From positions 15,847,101 through 15,911,100 of the forward strand of contig NC_134025.1 in assembly GCF_964204645.1 (NCBI RefSeq): a stretch of 64,000 bases of DNA. Direction: 5' to 3'. Shown here piece after piece: positions 34,862-47,356 of the stretch. The notes under the pieces were generated by a model. The model did not search any database and had not been told where the DNA came from. It saw only the letters and a list, made by a program, of their open reading frames with translations. This stretch comes from Tubulanus polymorphus. Its lineage: Eukaryota > Animalia > Nemertea. Both the position numbers and the translations under genes were made by a program. Position 1 is the first letter of the stretch, and the number at the start of each line of letters is the position of its first letter.

Positions 34862-35217
34862 GATTTATACATGAATTATTTCAATCACACTTTACTAACA
34901 CTTTTAATGTTTAAAAATCTAACTCATACAAATATAAATATTGAAATAATGTTTAATATATATCTATATATCTATTCTATAAGAGCTCACACTTTTATAT
35001 TGAATAATCTATCAATTTAAATGTTATTCATGTATATGATTATTTTAAGAGTAATAGGGGTTTAGTTGTTCTAGGTTAAAGGTTGAAATAATAATAATTT
35101 CTACTTGAATTAGGAGTGTGCGCGACTAATTCAAGTAGAGATTATTGTTATTTTCACATTTGGAAAATTTCTCGACCGTTCGACCTTTGATCTAGAACAA
35201 CTAAACCCCTATTACTC
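34862..35217 (-). repeat. Right TIR of element A ending in a ~170-bp imperfect hairpin
   Basis: GAGTAATAGGGGTTTAGTTGTTCTAG (35049)...CTAGAACAACTAAACCCCTATTACTC (35217); inner stem CTACTTGAATTAG/CTAATTCAAGTAG; loop 35114-35125. Confidence 0.8.
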
Positions 35218-36375
35218 GTGTCTCCACTAGTTAGGCCGACTTATTCCAAGATGAGGCGTTCCATTGATTTTGGCTACAATTTTTTGTTCAGAGATAACTG
35301 CTGAGCCATTTGAGCGACCTATCATTGATACTGTTTCCTTATAGCCTGTTTAGTAATGGCTGATGTTGTGCCTTATCAAATTCTTTGTCGAAATCCACCG
35401 TTGAACAGGATACGTTGACACCGTTGACAAGACTGTGAAGAAAACCCGTTATCGCCGCTTTGCAGCTATATTTTGAATCTGAACTCATTTGGCAATCGTG
35501 ATATTCTAAAAAATCCTACAATCTACCTTGTAAAATTCATTAAAAAGGCTTAGATGTATATAGATCCCCCAATAATTAGTATGTTGTAAATAGTGTATGT
35601 ATATATTGTTAATAACTTTGTTATATTTTATCAAAACAAGTTTATACTTTCTGTTAATTGTAAATATTGTATACTTTGTATAAGTCTCCCTCCATGTACC
35701 ATAGAAATGGTTGGAGTGTAAATAAAATCCTAATCCTTATGTTTCTCATAGTTAAACCATATATCAATACAAGCGTCTTGTCAAGGGCTACTGACAAGGG
35801 CTGCAACCACGAGTGTATCTCCAACGGTTAGAGCTAGGAGCAAAAATATGATTAAAAAATTTGGGGCCCATTTTAGAGCTCATAGAGCCCAAACGGTTAT
35901 TCGCAGATAAGGCGTGCCATTGACTTTTTTAACCTCCGGGCCGTCATGAACAACTTTCGTGCTCGCCCGAAGCTCAAAGTAAATCCGTTGAGCAATATTC
36001 TTGTTACTAACCGAATTCGTAATATTAAAAGCCTATATTATGATGCTCTCTTACTTGTGTCGCTGAATCCGAAGCTATATATGATGCTCTATAACTTGTA
36101 TTTTACTTGCTCTATAACTCCTCAGTTGCGTTCAGTCGAGAAATGTCCTAATTCAATGGTAAAACAATCGACTCGTAGAAAAGACAAAAATATCACTACT
36201 GCTTACGTGTTTACTACAGATCTAGAACAGCTCTATCAGTGCATACACAAACACATGGACAGGAGGCGCTGTGGGAATAAGACACGTACACACTACATAT
36301 ACGTATATGGATACTGTTAGAATCGGGCTTAAATTTCGATGTTTCCCTGACAGTGAAAGTAAGTTGCAGTTGTTC

Positions 36376-39300
36376 ATAGACGGACGCCGGGCGCCAAAGG
36401 CGCCCGGAGGACGTCCCTTTGGTAAACGCGTATATGTGGATACTACGAAGTGTCTTCTTAACCGATTCTGACTAGCTGACAAAGTCAGAAAAAAATGACG
36501 TCACTTGACGTCCGGTTTGAAGTTCACGGGGAAATCGGAAGTAGAATTACGTCACGCTAAAATCCGGCAGCGAAATAACTAAAATAAGGCAATTTATGGA
36601 TCGGGTTATTTCAGAATTTATTTACTTCATGAAATTTCGAACAAGATTGGGTCGATGAATAGTTTAACAATGAACCGCGTTGATCGAACGAGTTCGAAAA
36701 TAGCTGAAATTCCCTTAGCAACGGGGCGCGAATTCATAATAAACAAACCACGCGCCGGCGCGCCTGGTTCAGCCATCGCAGGTTCGAATCCCGGAGAATA
36801 ACGCTCTCGCGCGCGCGTGCGACAGTCAACCCCAGCCGCAGCGCTGAAATATGTAATCATTTATCAAGTTTAATGACCTTAAAACTGCGATGAGTCGCGT
36901 TGTCGTACGATTTGCTTAAAATTTCAAGGCAGCGCGGCGGATCGGCGGCACGGTCTCGCTCCGCGGAGCAGCGACATCGCGGTCGGCAAAAACATTAGTC
37001 TCCGCCCCTTGTTTCACCAAATAAGGAATTCGGTACCGCTGGCCACGTGCACTATCTATTTTGAGCCGTAGATTCCCGGTTCTCGACATTCCCCCGAGAA
37101 TTAGAAACAAATAAATATTTTTCGCGAGAGAAATCAATTTTTGTATTGACATTTAAATTTTACTGCGGATAATTTATTCGATTTTTTTTCCTGGCAGAAA
37201 AAAATTATGCGATCGAAGCGTTTCAACGTGTCTTTCATTTTTTCTTGTCTTTCTTTACTTTTCAAATCGAGCTAATTTCTAAATTAACACCAGGTCAAAT
37301 TCTTCAATCTTGCAAACCGTCTCAGTTTCACCATAATGTCGGTTTTTACATTTCGGGTTTTACAAAGTGGTTTATAAACCATTGAAAAATTCCTGATACA
37401 AATCGAAATAGTAATCTTTTTAGCAGTGGTAAACCGACCTACCCCGGGTAGCCAAAGACCAGTTTATATTTAGTTAAGAAATGGGTCAAGTTATTTTCAT
37501 AGAAAATTGAATTTCATTTGATCTACAGATGAAATGAACAGGTTCGTCATAATTTTCCTTATCAAAATATTAGCCAAAATTTCTAATAACCAGAAATTAA
37601 TCGAACCTTAAAGTTGAAGTTTCATCTTCTTTCCCCCACCACCTAACTATATGGCATTAGTTTTCATTTTTACCAATCTTAACAATAAGAATTGATTTAA
37701 TTTCTTCAATAATTTAATGCTCGGGGCCCAAATCTACAGAACAATTTCAACATCGAAATAAAATTGATAGACTTAGTAAGAGTTTCTTTCCAGTTTCATT
37801 GACAACAATTAATTTTCTCGGTGTTCCTTTAGTCACTGACACTATTTTGTGCGTTTTTGTTACACTCCATACGTCAACGAGGTTGTTTTCGAATCGTTAT
37901 GATTTCTTAATCTTAGTCGTAAAAATTAAATCAAGCTGCAGTGACGAAGCGTCCGTCACTTAGATTTCATCTATTACATGTTAGACGAACGCCGGGCGCC
38001 GCAGGCGCCCGGAGGACGTCCCTTTGATAAACGCGTATATCTGGATTCTAGAAAGTGTCTTCTTAACCGATTCTGACTTACTGACAAAATCAGAAAAAAA
38101 TGACGTCAGAGTACGTCCGGTTTGGCATCAGACCACAATTAGGTTAGTAGCTCGAAGATGCGTAGGGCCGGACCCCAAAAATAGTACCTAGAGTGAAGAA
38201 GAGGTCCCCTATAAATGTTGCCATAATTTCTGCAAATGGGATAGGTAACGAATTTCGGTTATATGTATGAAATCCATTGATCCTGAGAGACAGCTTGATG
38301 ATGAAATAAGGGATTCCCTGGACTTTTTTTGCTTGGATTAAGGGTACCAAACACGGCGGGGGATTCCCATAGATATTTGGCTCGGATGTACTGGCATACC
38401 TGTACTGGGATACCCCTCCTTTCTAAAGGTTTGATTATTTCAAAAGCTAGGTTGGGTATGTGGGGCGAAAACCACTTCAATGCGTAGCTAAGATGCTGGC
38501 CTATGAGCCATAAGCAGGATTTCCCCTGAATTTACGCGCTTATATATGAACTAAACTCTCGAATTTCTTGTTTTTACTATAGGATATAGAAGATTTTGGA
38601 ATAGTGGTCTGAGCTCTGACAGCCAATACAGCCAAAATAACAAATTTTGAAGTTTTGATGAAATTTCACAAATAATTTTTATCTTATACATCTTTTGCAC
38701 ATATAAGTCGTCTTGAGGCATTCATTGAGACCTAATTCGCTGATTTTAATCAGTTTCATGGTAGGATTTGGTAATATTTTTGCTTGTAGAAGGCTAGAAT
38801 CGCAGATTTCGGTCAATTTTTAGGCATGAACCGTAAGATATTTTCTCGTAGGAGGCTTGGTCTAGGCTCATAAATTTATTTCATAAAGGCCATCCTTGCC
38901 CATGCAGAATAATCACATTAATTCAGCTTTCTTTGATTAAGTTATCTAGTTTGGCTGACTTTTTGGTGCCAGATACTGTCAGGAATTTAAGGGGTAGGGG
39001 AAATGCATATTTTCGTTGAAACCATGGCAACCGAAAGGACATTGTCAGAGGCCAGTTGTGACATTTTTCCTAACTAGTACTGGTGACAACTACGCTTGGT
39101 ATATAAAATTCGTCCCGGCCGAAGGCCTGTGGACGCAGTAGGGTGCATTCGAATTAGGCCTTCAGCGCAAGAAAACGCCAAATCTAAAGGTTTCAGCCAA
39201 TTCGATGATGAAAATGGCATTTTTTTCAAAAAATGCTTAAAGATTGTGTTTCTGATTTTTATCCATAGCCATATATTTATATCCATCAGTGAAAAAAATC

Positions 39301-41788
39301 TATCAAGTATTCAGAAAATGTTGTATAATTGTTTTATTCATATTTTGAAATGAATGTTTGACTTAGATGTTATTGATAGAAAACTTGGATTTTGTCGCAT
39401 ACGCGCGATTTGTGCATTAGCATGTATTTCCATGTGTAATTGGCCGAGGGCTATTGAATTGCGTTGTATAACTAGGGTGTCTCCACTCTTTCTAAAACTG
39501 TACAAAAACTAATGCTATTCTTAAGTTTGGGTACTAGTCAGGCATCAGACCACAATTAGGTTAGTAGCTCGAAGATGCGTAGGGCCGGACCCCAAAAATA
39601 GTACCTAGAGTGAAGAAGAGGTCCCCTATAAATGTTGCCATAATTTCTGCAAATGGGATAGGTAACGAATTTCGGTTATATGTATGAAATCCATTGATCC
39701 TGAGAGACAGCTTGATGATGAAATAAGGGATTCCCTGGACTTTTTTTGCTTGGATTAAGGGTACCAAACACGGTGGGGGATTCCCATAGATATTTGGCTC
39801 GGATGTACTGGCATACCTGTACTGGGATACCCCTCCTTTCTAAAGGTTTGATTATTTCAAAAGTTAGGTTGGGTATGTGGGGCGAAAACCACTTCAATGC
39901 GTAGCTAAGATGCTGGCCTATGAGCCATAAGCAGGATTTCCCCTGAATTTACGCGCTTATATATGAACTAAACTCTCGAATTTCTTGTTTTTACTATAGG
40001 ATATAGAAGATTTTGGAATAGTGGTCTGAGCTCGTTTGAAGTTCATGGGAAATCGGAAGTAGAATTATGTCACGCTAAAATCCGGCAGCGAAGTAACTAA
40101 AATCCGGCAACCTTTGGATCGGGAGATTTCAGAATGTATTTATTTCGTGAAATTTCTACCAAGATTGGGTCGTTGAATAGTTTAACAATGAACCGCGTCG
40201 ATGATCGAACGAGTTCAAAATAGCTGAAATTCCCATAGCAACGGGAGCGAATTCATGATAAACAAACCACGCGCCGGGGCCCGGTTCAGCCATCGCAGGC
40301 TCGAATCCCGGAGAATTACGCTCTCGCGCGTGCGTGCGACAGTCAACCCCAGCCGCAGCGCTGAAATATGTAATCATTTATCAAATTTAATGACCCTAAA
40401 ACTGCGATGAGTCGCGTTGCCGTACGATTTGCTTAAAATTTCACGGCAGGTCGGCGGCCCGCGGATGGATGGGCACGGTCTCGCTCCGAGGAGCAGCGAC
40501 ATCGCGGTCGGCAAAAACATTAGTCTCCGCCCCTTCTTTCACCAAATAAGGAATTCGGTACGGCTGGCCACGTGCACTATTAATTTTGAGCCGTAGATTC
40601 CCGGTACTCGACATTCCCCGAGAATTAGAAACAAATAAATATTTTTCGCGAGAGAAATCAATTTTTGTATTTGATATTTCAATTTCACTGCTGATAATTT
40701 ATTCGATTTTTTTTCTGGCAGAAAAAAATTATGCGATTGATGCGTTTCAACGTGTCATTCATTTTTTCTCGTCTTCCTTTACTTTTCAAATGGAACTCAT
40801 TTCTAAATTCACACCAGGTCAAATTCTTCAATCTTGCAAACCGTCTCAGTTTCACCATAATGTCGGTTTTTACATTTCGGGTTTTACAAAGTGGTTTAAA
40901 CCATTAAAAAATTCCTGATACAATCTAAATCGAAATAGTAATCTTGTTAACAGTGGTAAACCGACCTGCCCCGGGTAGCAAAAGACCAGTTTATATTTAG
41001 TTAAGAAATGGGTCAAGTTTTTTTCATAGAAAATTGAATTTCATTTGATCTACAGATCAAATGAACAGGTTCGTCATAATTTTCCTAATCAAAATATAAG
41101 CCAAAATTTTCAATAACCAGAAATTAATCGAACCTTAGAGTTGAAGTTTCATCTTCTTTCTCCCACCACTTATGGCATTAGTTTTCATTTTTCCAAGCTT
41201 AACAATAAGAATTGATTTAATTTCTTCAATAATTTAATGCTCGGGGCCCAAATCTACAGAACAATTTCAATATCGAAATAAAATTGATAGTCTTCAAGAG
41301 TTTCTTTCCAGTTTCATTGACAAAAATTAATTATCTCGGTGTTCCTTTAGTCAGTGACACTATTTTGAGTGGTTTTGAGTGTTTTTGTTACACTCCATAC
41401 CTGAACGAGGTTGTTTTCGAATCGTTATTTCTTAATCTTAGTATGAAAAATTAAATCAAGCTGCAGTGACGAAGCGTCCGTCACTTAGATTTCATCTATT
41501 ACATATTAGATTCCTTTTGGTAAACGCGTATATGTGGATACTACGAAGTGTCTTCTCAACCGATTCTGATTTTCTGACAAAGTCAGAAAAAAATGACGTC
41601 ACTTGACGTCCGGTTTGAATCTCATGGGGAAATCGGAAGTAGAATTACGTCACGCTAAAATCCGGCAGTGAAATAACTAAAATCCGGCAACGTTTGGGTC
41701 GGGTGATTTCAGAATTTATTCATTTTGTGATATTTAGAACAAGATTGGGTTGTTGAATAGTTTAACAATGAACCGCGTTGATGGAACG
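36376..41788 (-). mobile_element. Head-to-tail array of a ~1.6-kb non-autonomous Helitron-like element (two full units plus a partial)
   Basis: Units 36376-37985, 37982-41509 (interrupted) and 41510-41788. Minus-strand 5' end TCTAA(T/C)ATGTAATAG; 3' GC hairpin CCGGGCGCC-nnn-GGCGCCCGG followed 7 nt later by CTA(A/T). Confidence 0.7.
38124..40033. mobile_element. Composite element: two 493-bp direct repeats around a 924-bp core, 4-bp TSD GTTT
   Basis: Repeats 38124-38616 and 39541-40033 (about 2 differences seen); GTTT at 38120-38123 and 40034-40037; the empty site with a single GTTT is seen in sister Helitron units (~36515, ~41613). Confidence 0.8.
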
Positions 41789-43502
41789 GCTCAAGTCCAT
41801 TATAGCAGAGACTTATCACATTGGACAGGTATTTGGAATTAATCCGCCAATATTGGACTGATTGAATCTTACGACATTACGCCATAGGGACGTGCGGCTC
41901 AACTCTAGGACAGGTAAAAGTAGAGATCTATCAATCCTAAATGTCGGTTGATTCTACTCGTCGACAATGTCTACAACCCCGATTGTCGTCCGATTCTACT
42001 CGTCGACAATGTCTACAACCCCGATATTCGACCGATTCTACTCGTCAACAATGTCTACAATCATGTTTATACAATCTTATATAGAGTGGCTGGGATCGAG
42101 GGGCTGCATGTGTGCGTGGATTACGCTTATATAGAGTGGCCGAGATCGAGGGGCTGCGTGTGTGCGTGGATTGCCCTTATATAGAGTGGCCGGGATCGAG
42201 GGGCTGCGTTTGTGCGTGGATTACCCTTATATAGAGTGGCTGGGATCGAGGGGCCGCGTTTGTGAGTGGATCACCCTTATATAGAGTGGCTGGGATCGAG
42301 GGGCCGCGTGTGTGCGTGGATCACCCTTATTTAAAGTGGCTGGGATCGAGGGGTGGTGTGTGCGTGGATTACACTTATATAGAGTGGCTGCTATCGAGGG
42401 GCCGCGTGTGTGCGTGGATCACCCTTATATAAAGTGGCCGGGATCGAGGGGCTGCGTGTGTGCGTGGATTACCCTTATATAGAGTGGCTGGGATCGAGGG
42501 GCCACGTGTGTGCGTGGATTATGTGCGTGGATTACCCTTATATAAAGTGGCTGGGATCGAGGGGTGGTGTGTGCGTGGATTACCCTTATATAGAGTGGCC
42601 GGGATCGAGGGGCTGCGTGTGTGCGTGGATTACCCTTATATAAAGTGGCTGGGATCGAGGAGCTGCGTGCTTCCATCAGTTGATTTTCACAATCAGGATT
42701 GTAGACATTGTCGACGAGTAGAATCGGTCGACAATCGGGGTTGTAGACACTGTCGATGAGTAGAATCGGTCGACAATCAGGAGTGTAGACATTGTCGACG
42801 AGTAGAATCAGTCGACAATCGGGGTTGTAGACATCGTCGGCTCAAGTTCATTATAGCATTAAATAGTTCCAGCAGAGACTTATCACATTGGACTCGTATT
42901 TGGAATTAATCCGCCAATATTGGACTGATTGAATCTTACGACATTACGCCATAAGACGTGCGGCGATCTATCAATCCTAAATGTCGGCCGATTCTACTCG
43001 TCGACAATGTCTACAACCCCGATTGTCGACCGATTCTACTCGTCGACAATGTCTACAACCCCGATTGTCGTCCGATTCTACTCGTCGACAATGTCTACAA
43101 CCCCGATTGTCGACCGATTCTACTCGTCGACAATGTCTACAACCCCGATTGTCGTCCGATTCTACTCGTCGACAATGTCTACAACCCCGATCCGATTGTC
43201 GTCCGATTCCACTCGTCGACAATGTCTACAACCCCGATTGTCGTCCGATTCTACTCGTCGACAATGTCTACAACCCCGATTGTCGACCGATTCTACTCGT
43301 CGACAATGTCTACAACCCCGATTGTCGTCCGATTCTACTCGTCGACGATGTCTACAACCCCGATTGTCGACCGATTCTACTCGTCGACAATGTCTACAAC
43401 CCCGATTGTCGACCGATTTAACTCGACAATGTATACAATCATGTTTATACAATCTTATATAGAGTGGCTGGGATCGAGGGGCTGCATGTGTGCGTGGATC
43501 AC
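41788..43502. repeat. Duplicated satellite module: 42-bp and 50-bp tandem repeats
   Basis: 42-mer ccgattctactcgtcgacaatgtctacaaccccgattgtcg(a/t) at 41948-42060, 42695-42838 (inverted) and 42988-43430; 50-mer ttacccttatatagagtggctgggatcgaggggctgcgtgtgtgcgtgga at 42075-42670 and 43455-43502; shared leader at 41788 and 42839. Confidence 0.9.
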
Positions 43503-43978
43503 GAAATTGAACATAAAATATTAAAATTAGAAAAGATAAAAACTAAATATGGAGATAAAATATCAGCTAATTTAAATCACTGTAATGTTAGTACAACGCG
43601 AGAATTTAAAGTATTTTTACCTGATAAATGGGTTTCGTCGAGTACAGAGGAATTAAAAGATTTAGAAGAATTTAAAATAATCTATCACGGAAATAAATTG
43701 CCCATGGGCAAAGTGTGGTTTACCTTGAAAGCTAGAGGTTGTTTGGAGTAAGGGCATTGCTTGAAAAATCTTTTTAATTCGTGACTTCAAAGATCCACAG
43801 TTTATATTGTATTTTATCTTTCCTAAAGAATTATTTTGTAGTCAAATAAGACCAAAGATATACATTTGTTTGCGGTCCACGTCTAAAAGTTTGTAGGGTA
43901 CAGGTAGGCACGGCAGGGAAACTATTTTATATTTTCAAAAAAATATGTTTAATATGATATGAAAAAATATTCAAATAA

Positions 43979-44544
43979 GGCCATCCCAAAATAATTGTCT
44001 GTTTGCTGCAACACCGACTCAACTTTTCAGGATGAGTCGGTAGGTAGGAAGAATTTTTTTTTTGCAAAATTTTTGGGCAAAAAAAAACAAATTTTTCACC
44101 TTTGGCCTTTTTTACATGGAAACAATATCGCAAAAAAATCGCACGTTGCGCACAGGAAATTTGTCTAATAGCGTAGATTTCAAGAATTATTCTAAAATTA
44201 TAACTTCGTCCAGAGCGTCATCTCTGTCTTAAAAATGAAACGGTACATTGAATGTGTGCGCGCTTTCACGTTACCAGCTATTCAGTCACTTTAGTCACTA
44301 TTAGAATGAATGGCAGCTTATTGGAACACTGCCAGTTTCCTGGAAACTTAAACTAGGCCACATGTCAAGGCATGTTTTCACACCATGCACACTAGAATTC
44401 AAACATACGTAGCTCATAGTCGGTCGGCTGTTTTTATCAAAAATAAAATTTATTTCAATGAATCCTAGAAAAAAGTTTTCACTCGGTACCTCTGAAGTCA
44501 GGTTGGTCGGGTTACGGCAAACAGACCATTATTTTGGGATGGCC
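43979..44544. mobile_element. PIF/Harbinger (Tourist-like) MITE
   Basis: ~40-bp TIR GGCCATCCCAAAATAAT(T/G)GTCTGTTTGC; TAA TSD on both sides. Confidence 0.85.
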
Positions 44545-44868
44545 TAAAATTCATCACATATCAGAGGGTGGCTGAATATTGGGTCTTGGAAACCTCTTCC
44601 AATGTTGGCCACGGAAGCTAAAATATCGGTGGTACAGAAGAAATCGGCTATTAGATCGTTTTAAGTCCTGGAATTTACCACTACAATATTCAGACCTCGA
44701 CAGACCTTTTAGTTTGCTGCTTAGTATTTTCAGGTCACAAGAAATTACAATTTATTACAAATTCTATCGAACAGAAAACACAGCGCTCATCTTCTGCTAT
44801 GATTATTCAGCCTATTTTCATATCAAACGTTCACGCGTTACAGCATCACCGTAGTGTACTGTACGAGC

Positions 44869-44869
<1 letters not shown>

Positions 44870-44899
<30 letters not shown>
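44870..44899. repeat. (TG)n microsatellite
   Basis: Directly visible. Confidence 0.95.
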
Positions 44900-44900
<1 letters not shown>

Positions 44901-45423
44901 TGTAGCACTCCGCGTGCATGTGGAGGCCTCGTGTAAGTGAATATTCGCTTACACCTCAATGTCAATCAAAACAATCACCGGGTATTAAAATGAAACAATA
45001 CCTATGGCAGATGAAATAATTACATCCTCACCAGCAATGAGCATTTGAAATCGGCACGTATACGGCACCTAGTCCAATGAAACGTACACCATTCTATGGC
45101 TTTCCCATAATTTTAGTAGCGCCGGAATTCCCCGTATATCCAAAAAACAATCCCATTTGTTCGTAGAGACAACGCCCCCCCAATCGAGGTCATTGCAATT
45201 TTATACGCGAGAGCTAAGAATTTTCCCGCCAAAAACAGTTTTTCGTAGAATTTTAACTCAGTTGACCATGTCATCGACGGAGGTTCGCCATGTCTTCAAT
45301 CGCATCGATTATACGTCTTTTAAGCCAAGAACCAATGAAACAAATGCTCACATAAAAAAACGTACCGCGATTTTACATGAATTGGCTCAATGCCAACATC
45401 ATATCGCTGACAAAGGTAAACCA

Positions 45424-45697
45424 AAAATGAAGACGGTCATCATGATTTAGAAGTTGTTGATTAAATAAAAAAATGAATTGATAATAAAATTAATTAAATA
45501 TTAAGATTCCGAAATGACTTATCTGGACAATTTAATTGCTCCGCATAGATAGACAAAAGTAGTGAGATATCTAATTAATTAAAAATGAATTTTTTTGTTG
45601 CTTTTTTTAATTACTCATCACCACAAGTAATTTTTCCCCATAATAAATGGGAGAGAGTGAACAACATACAGGAAAAAAATGATGTTAATGAATATCA
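45424..45697 (+). repeat. Left arm of the inverted duplication in element B (right arm 59570-59840; extends via 43503-43695 / 59840-60037)
   Basis: aaaatgaagacggtcatcatgatttagaagttg...ctcatcaccacaag..taaatgggagagagtgaacaacatacagg closely matches the reverse complement of 59570-59840. Confidence 0.85.
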
Positions 45698-45906
45698 AAT
45701 CTTGCATTTTTTCTAAAATATTAATCCATTTTTTTATAGTGAACTTTGGAATTTCAACAGTAGTAGTACAAATCCAGTTGTATAATATATATATATTTAT
45801 CAAATATTCTATTATCAGAAGGAGTAGAAATAACAATATTTTCACCATTTTTATTAACATCTTTATTATTCATTTTTCTTTTATAGCATTTTTAAATTCT
45901 ATTGAT

Positions 45907-46539
45907 TTAATTCCTAATTGCCGAGACCATTAAATTTGTTTCTGAGTTCTCGGTTTTTTCTTCACAGTTGATCCTTTCACCTCTTCCACTTCGCTCATTT
46001 ATTGTAGAAAAATTTTTACTTTCAATATTTGAAAATGTTATAACTCCAGTTGATAATAATGTCATAAATCCACCTAATTGAAATGATAAATATGCAATCC
46101 ATTTATTTAATTCAGTCATAACTGGATAATCATTTTTTAAATCGAAATATAATTTATTTTCGTCTTGAATTGGAAGCATATATTCACATAATTTACTATA
46201 ACTTTTTACTACATTTTCTGATATCGCATCATTAATTCTAGCTATTCTCGCAGTTTCATAAATCTTAAATAATTTAATAATTCCATCTGATTTCATTGTA
46301 TCTAATTCACTATAAGTTAAATTTTTACTAATAAAACTTTTACATTTCCCAGATGCTATTAATATTTCTAATTGATGTTTGCAATAAAGATAATATTCAT
46401 AATCATTGTTTGTAGTAGTATCATTTAAAGCACCATTATTATCTGGTGTTAATTTTGTTTCTGTTATACCTAAATCATCCAAAGTTTTTTCAATTGGAAT
46501 ATCATTATTTTTAGATTTTATTTTCTTTTCACCTCCCAT
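45907..46539 (-). CDS. Conserved 210-aa element protein with C-terminal hydrophobic segment
   Basis: Intact ORF with TAAATG start; orthologous to 18790-19373. Confidence 0.8.
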   Translation of the reverse strand: MGGEKKIKSKNNDIPIEKTLDDLGITETKLTPDNNGALNDTTTNNDYEYYLYCKHQLEILIASGKCKSFISKNLTYSELDTMKSDGIIKLFKIYETARIARINDAISENVVKSYSKLCEYMLPIQDENKLYFDLKNDYPVMTELNKWIAYLSFQLGGFMTLLSTGVITFSNIESKNFSTINERSGRGERINCEEKTENSETNLMVSAIRN

Positions 46540-46747
46540 TTATATAACAAAAAAATTAATTGTGTTGTTGCAACAAGAATTTAACTAGAATGTAACTAAA
46601 AATATACTAGATTAACAAGCTAGTTGCAATATAATTGTTTTTATTTATTTCTTGTTGAATTTTATTTGATTTTTGTTTCAACTACCAATAACTAGAATTC
46701 AACTAGAATGTAACTAAAAATATACTAGATTAACAAGCTAGTTGAAT

Positions 46748-47356
46748 TTAAATAAATTCATATTTAAATGGGTGTTATAATCGAAATAGTAATTATGATC
46801 TTTTATTATTTTTCAATTTATCCATATATTCATTATGTAAATCATGTGGAATAATATCATTTTCCTCAAGTGCATTTTTCATCGATTTTCTATCTTTATT
46901 GTAGAATAAAACTAAAAATCTAATGTTTTCTCTAAAATCATTAACAATCAAATTATATTTTTGATTTAAAACCCACGTTGTTATCCCAAAATGTCTACCA
47001 GAAAAAGCTAAATAACATAATTCACTTTCTCGTACTTTTGATTCATGTAAATTTGCACAATCATCTATGATAAATAATGTATTTGATCCTTTATAAATAT
47101 CAATTGCTATTTTAATACAATTATCTAAATTTTCTTTAACTGTTTTAGGATCTAATACAATAAATTTATTATTTCTAGTAATATTTCTATTATATTTTTG
47201 ATTAAATTCATACGTTGGACAAAATAATACTATATTATCAAAATAGTTTTTATAAATAGTTTCTAATCAATTTAATATAAAATAAGTTTTTCCACAGTTT
47301 GTTACACCAGAAATTAACATATTATGAGGCTCAAATATAAATAATTCCTTATTCAT
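46748..47356 (-). pseudogene. Packaging ATPase, element B
   Basis: MNKELFIFEPHNMLISGVTNCGKT..FIIDDCANLHESKVRESELCYLAFSGRHFGI; internal stops. Confidence 0.9.

Larger units (their letters stand above)
10595..35217. mobile_element. Polinton/Maverick-like endogenous viral element A (degenerate, with nested insertions)
   Basis: pPolB, integrase, ATPase, MCP and mCP genes in very AT-rich DNA; inverted repeats 10595-10775 and 34862-35027; hairpin at the right end. No 6-bp TSD found. Confidence 0.92.
43503..45462 (+). pseudogene. Homologue of the 117-aa gene, split by a ~1.7-kb insertion
   Basis: EIEHKILKLEKIKTKYGDKI..FKVFLPDKW..IYHG (43503-43695) continues as KNEDGHHDLEVVD* at 45424; the copy at 59790-60133 is contiguous. 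Confidence 0.75.

Noticed and set aside
18529-35048. Bacterial or phage contamination, suggested by intron-less AT-rich gene-dense DNA
   Set aside because: The gene set is Polinton-type (rve integrase with chromodomain, pPolB) and is interleaved with spliced eukaryotic transposons.
5791-35217. 6-bp Polinton target-site duplication
   Set aside because: The flanks (aatatt vs cgtgtc/gtgtct) do not match.
36765-36800. tRNA gene suggested by GGTTCGAATCCC
   Set aside because: Only a T-loop/B-box-like motif is present; I could not build a cloverleaf, and it sits within the Helitron-like repeat.
38124-40033. Canonical LTR retrotransposon
   Set aside because: No TG..CA ends, no evident PBS or PPT, and no gag/pol.
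41948-43502. CRISPR array or repeat proteins (ORFs with CRPILLVDNVYNPD repeats)
   Set aside because: The units are contiguous with no unique spacers and there are no cas genes. The ORFs arise because the 42-bp unit lacks stops.
43717-45422. TIR element bounded by GGTTTACCTT/AAGGTAAACC
   Set aside because: Only 10 bp with no TSD. The insertion is real but its boundaries and class are unsupported.
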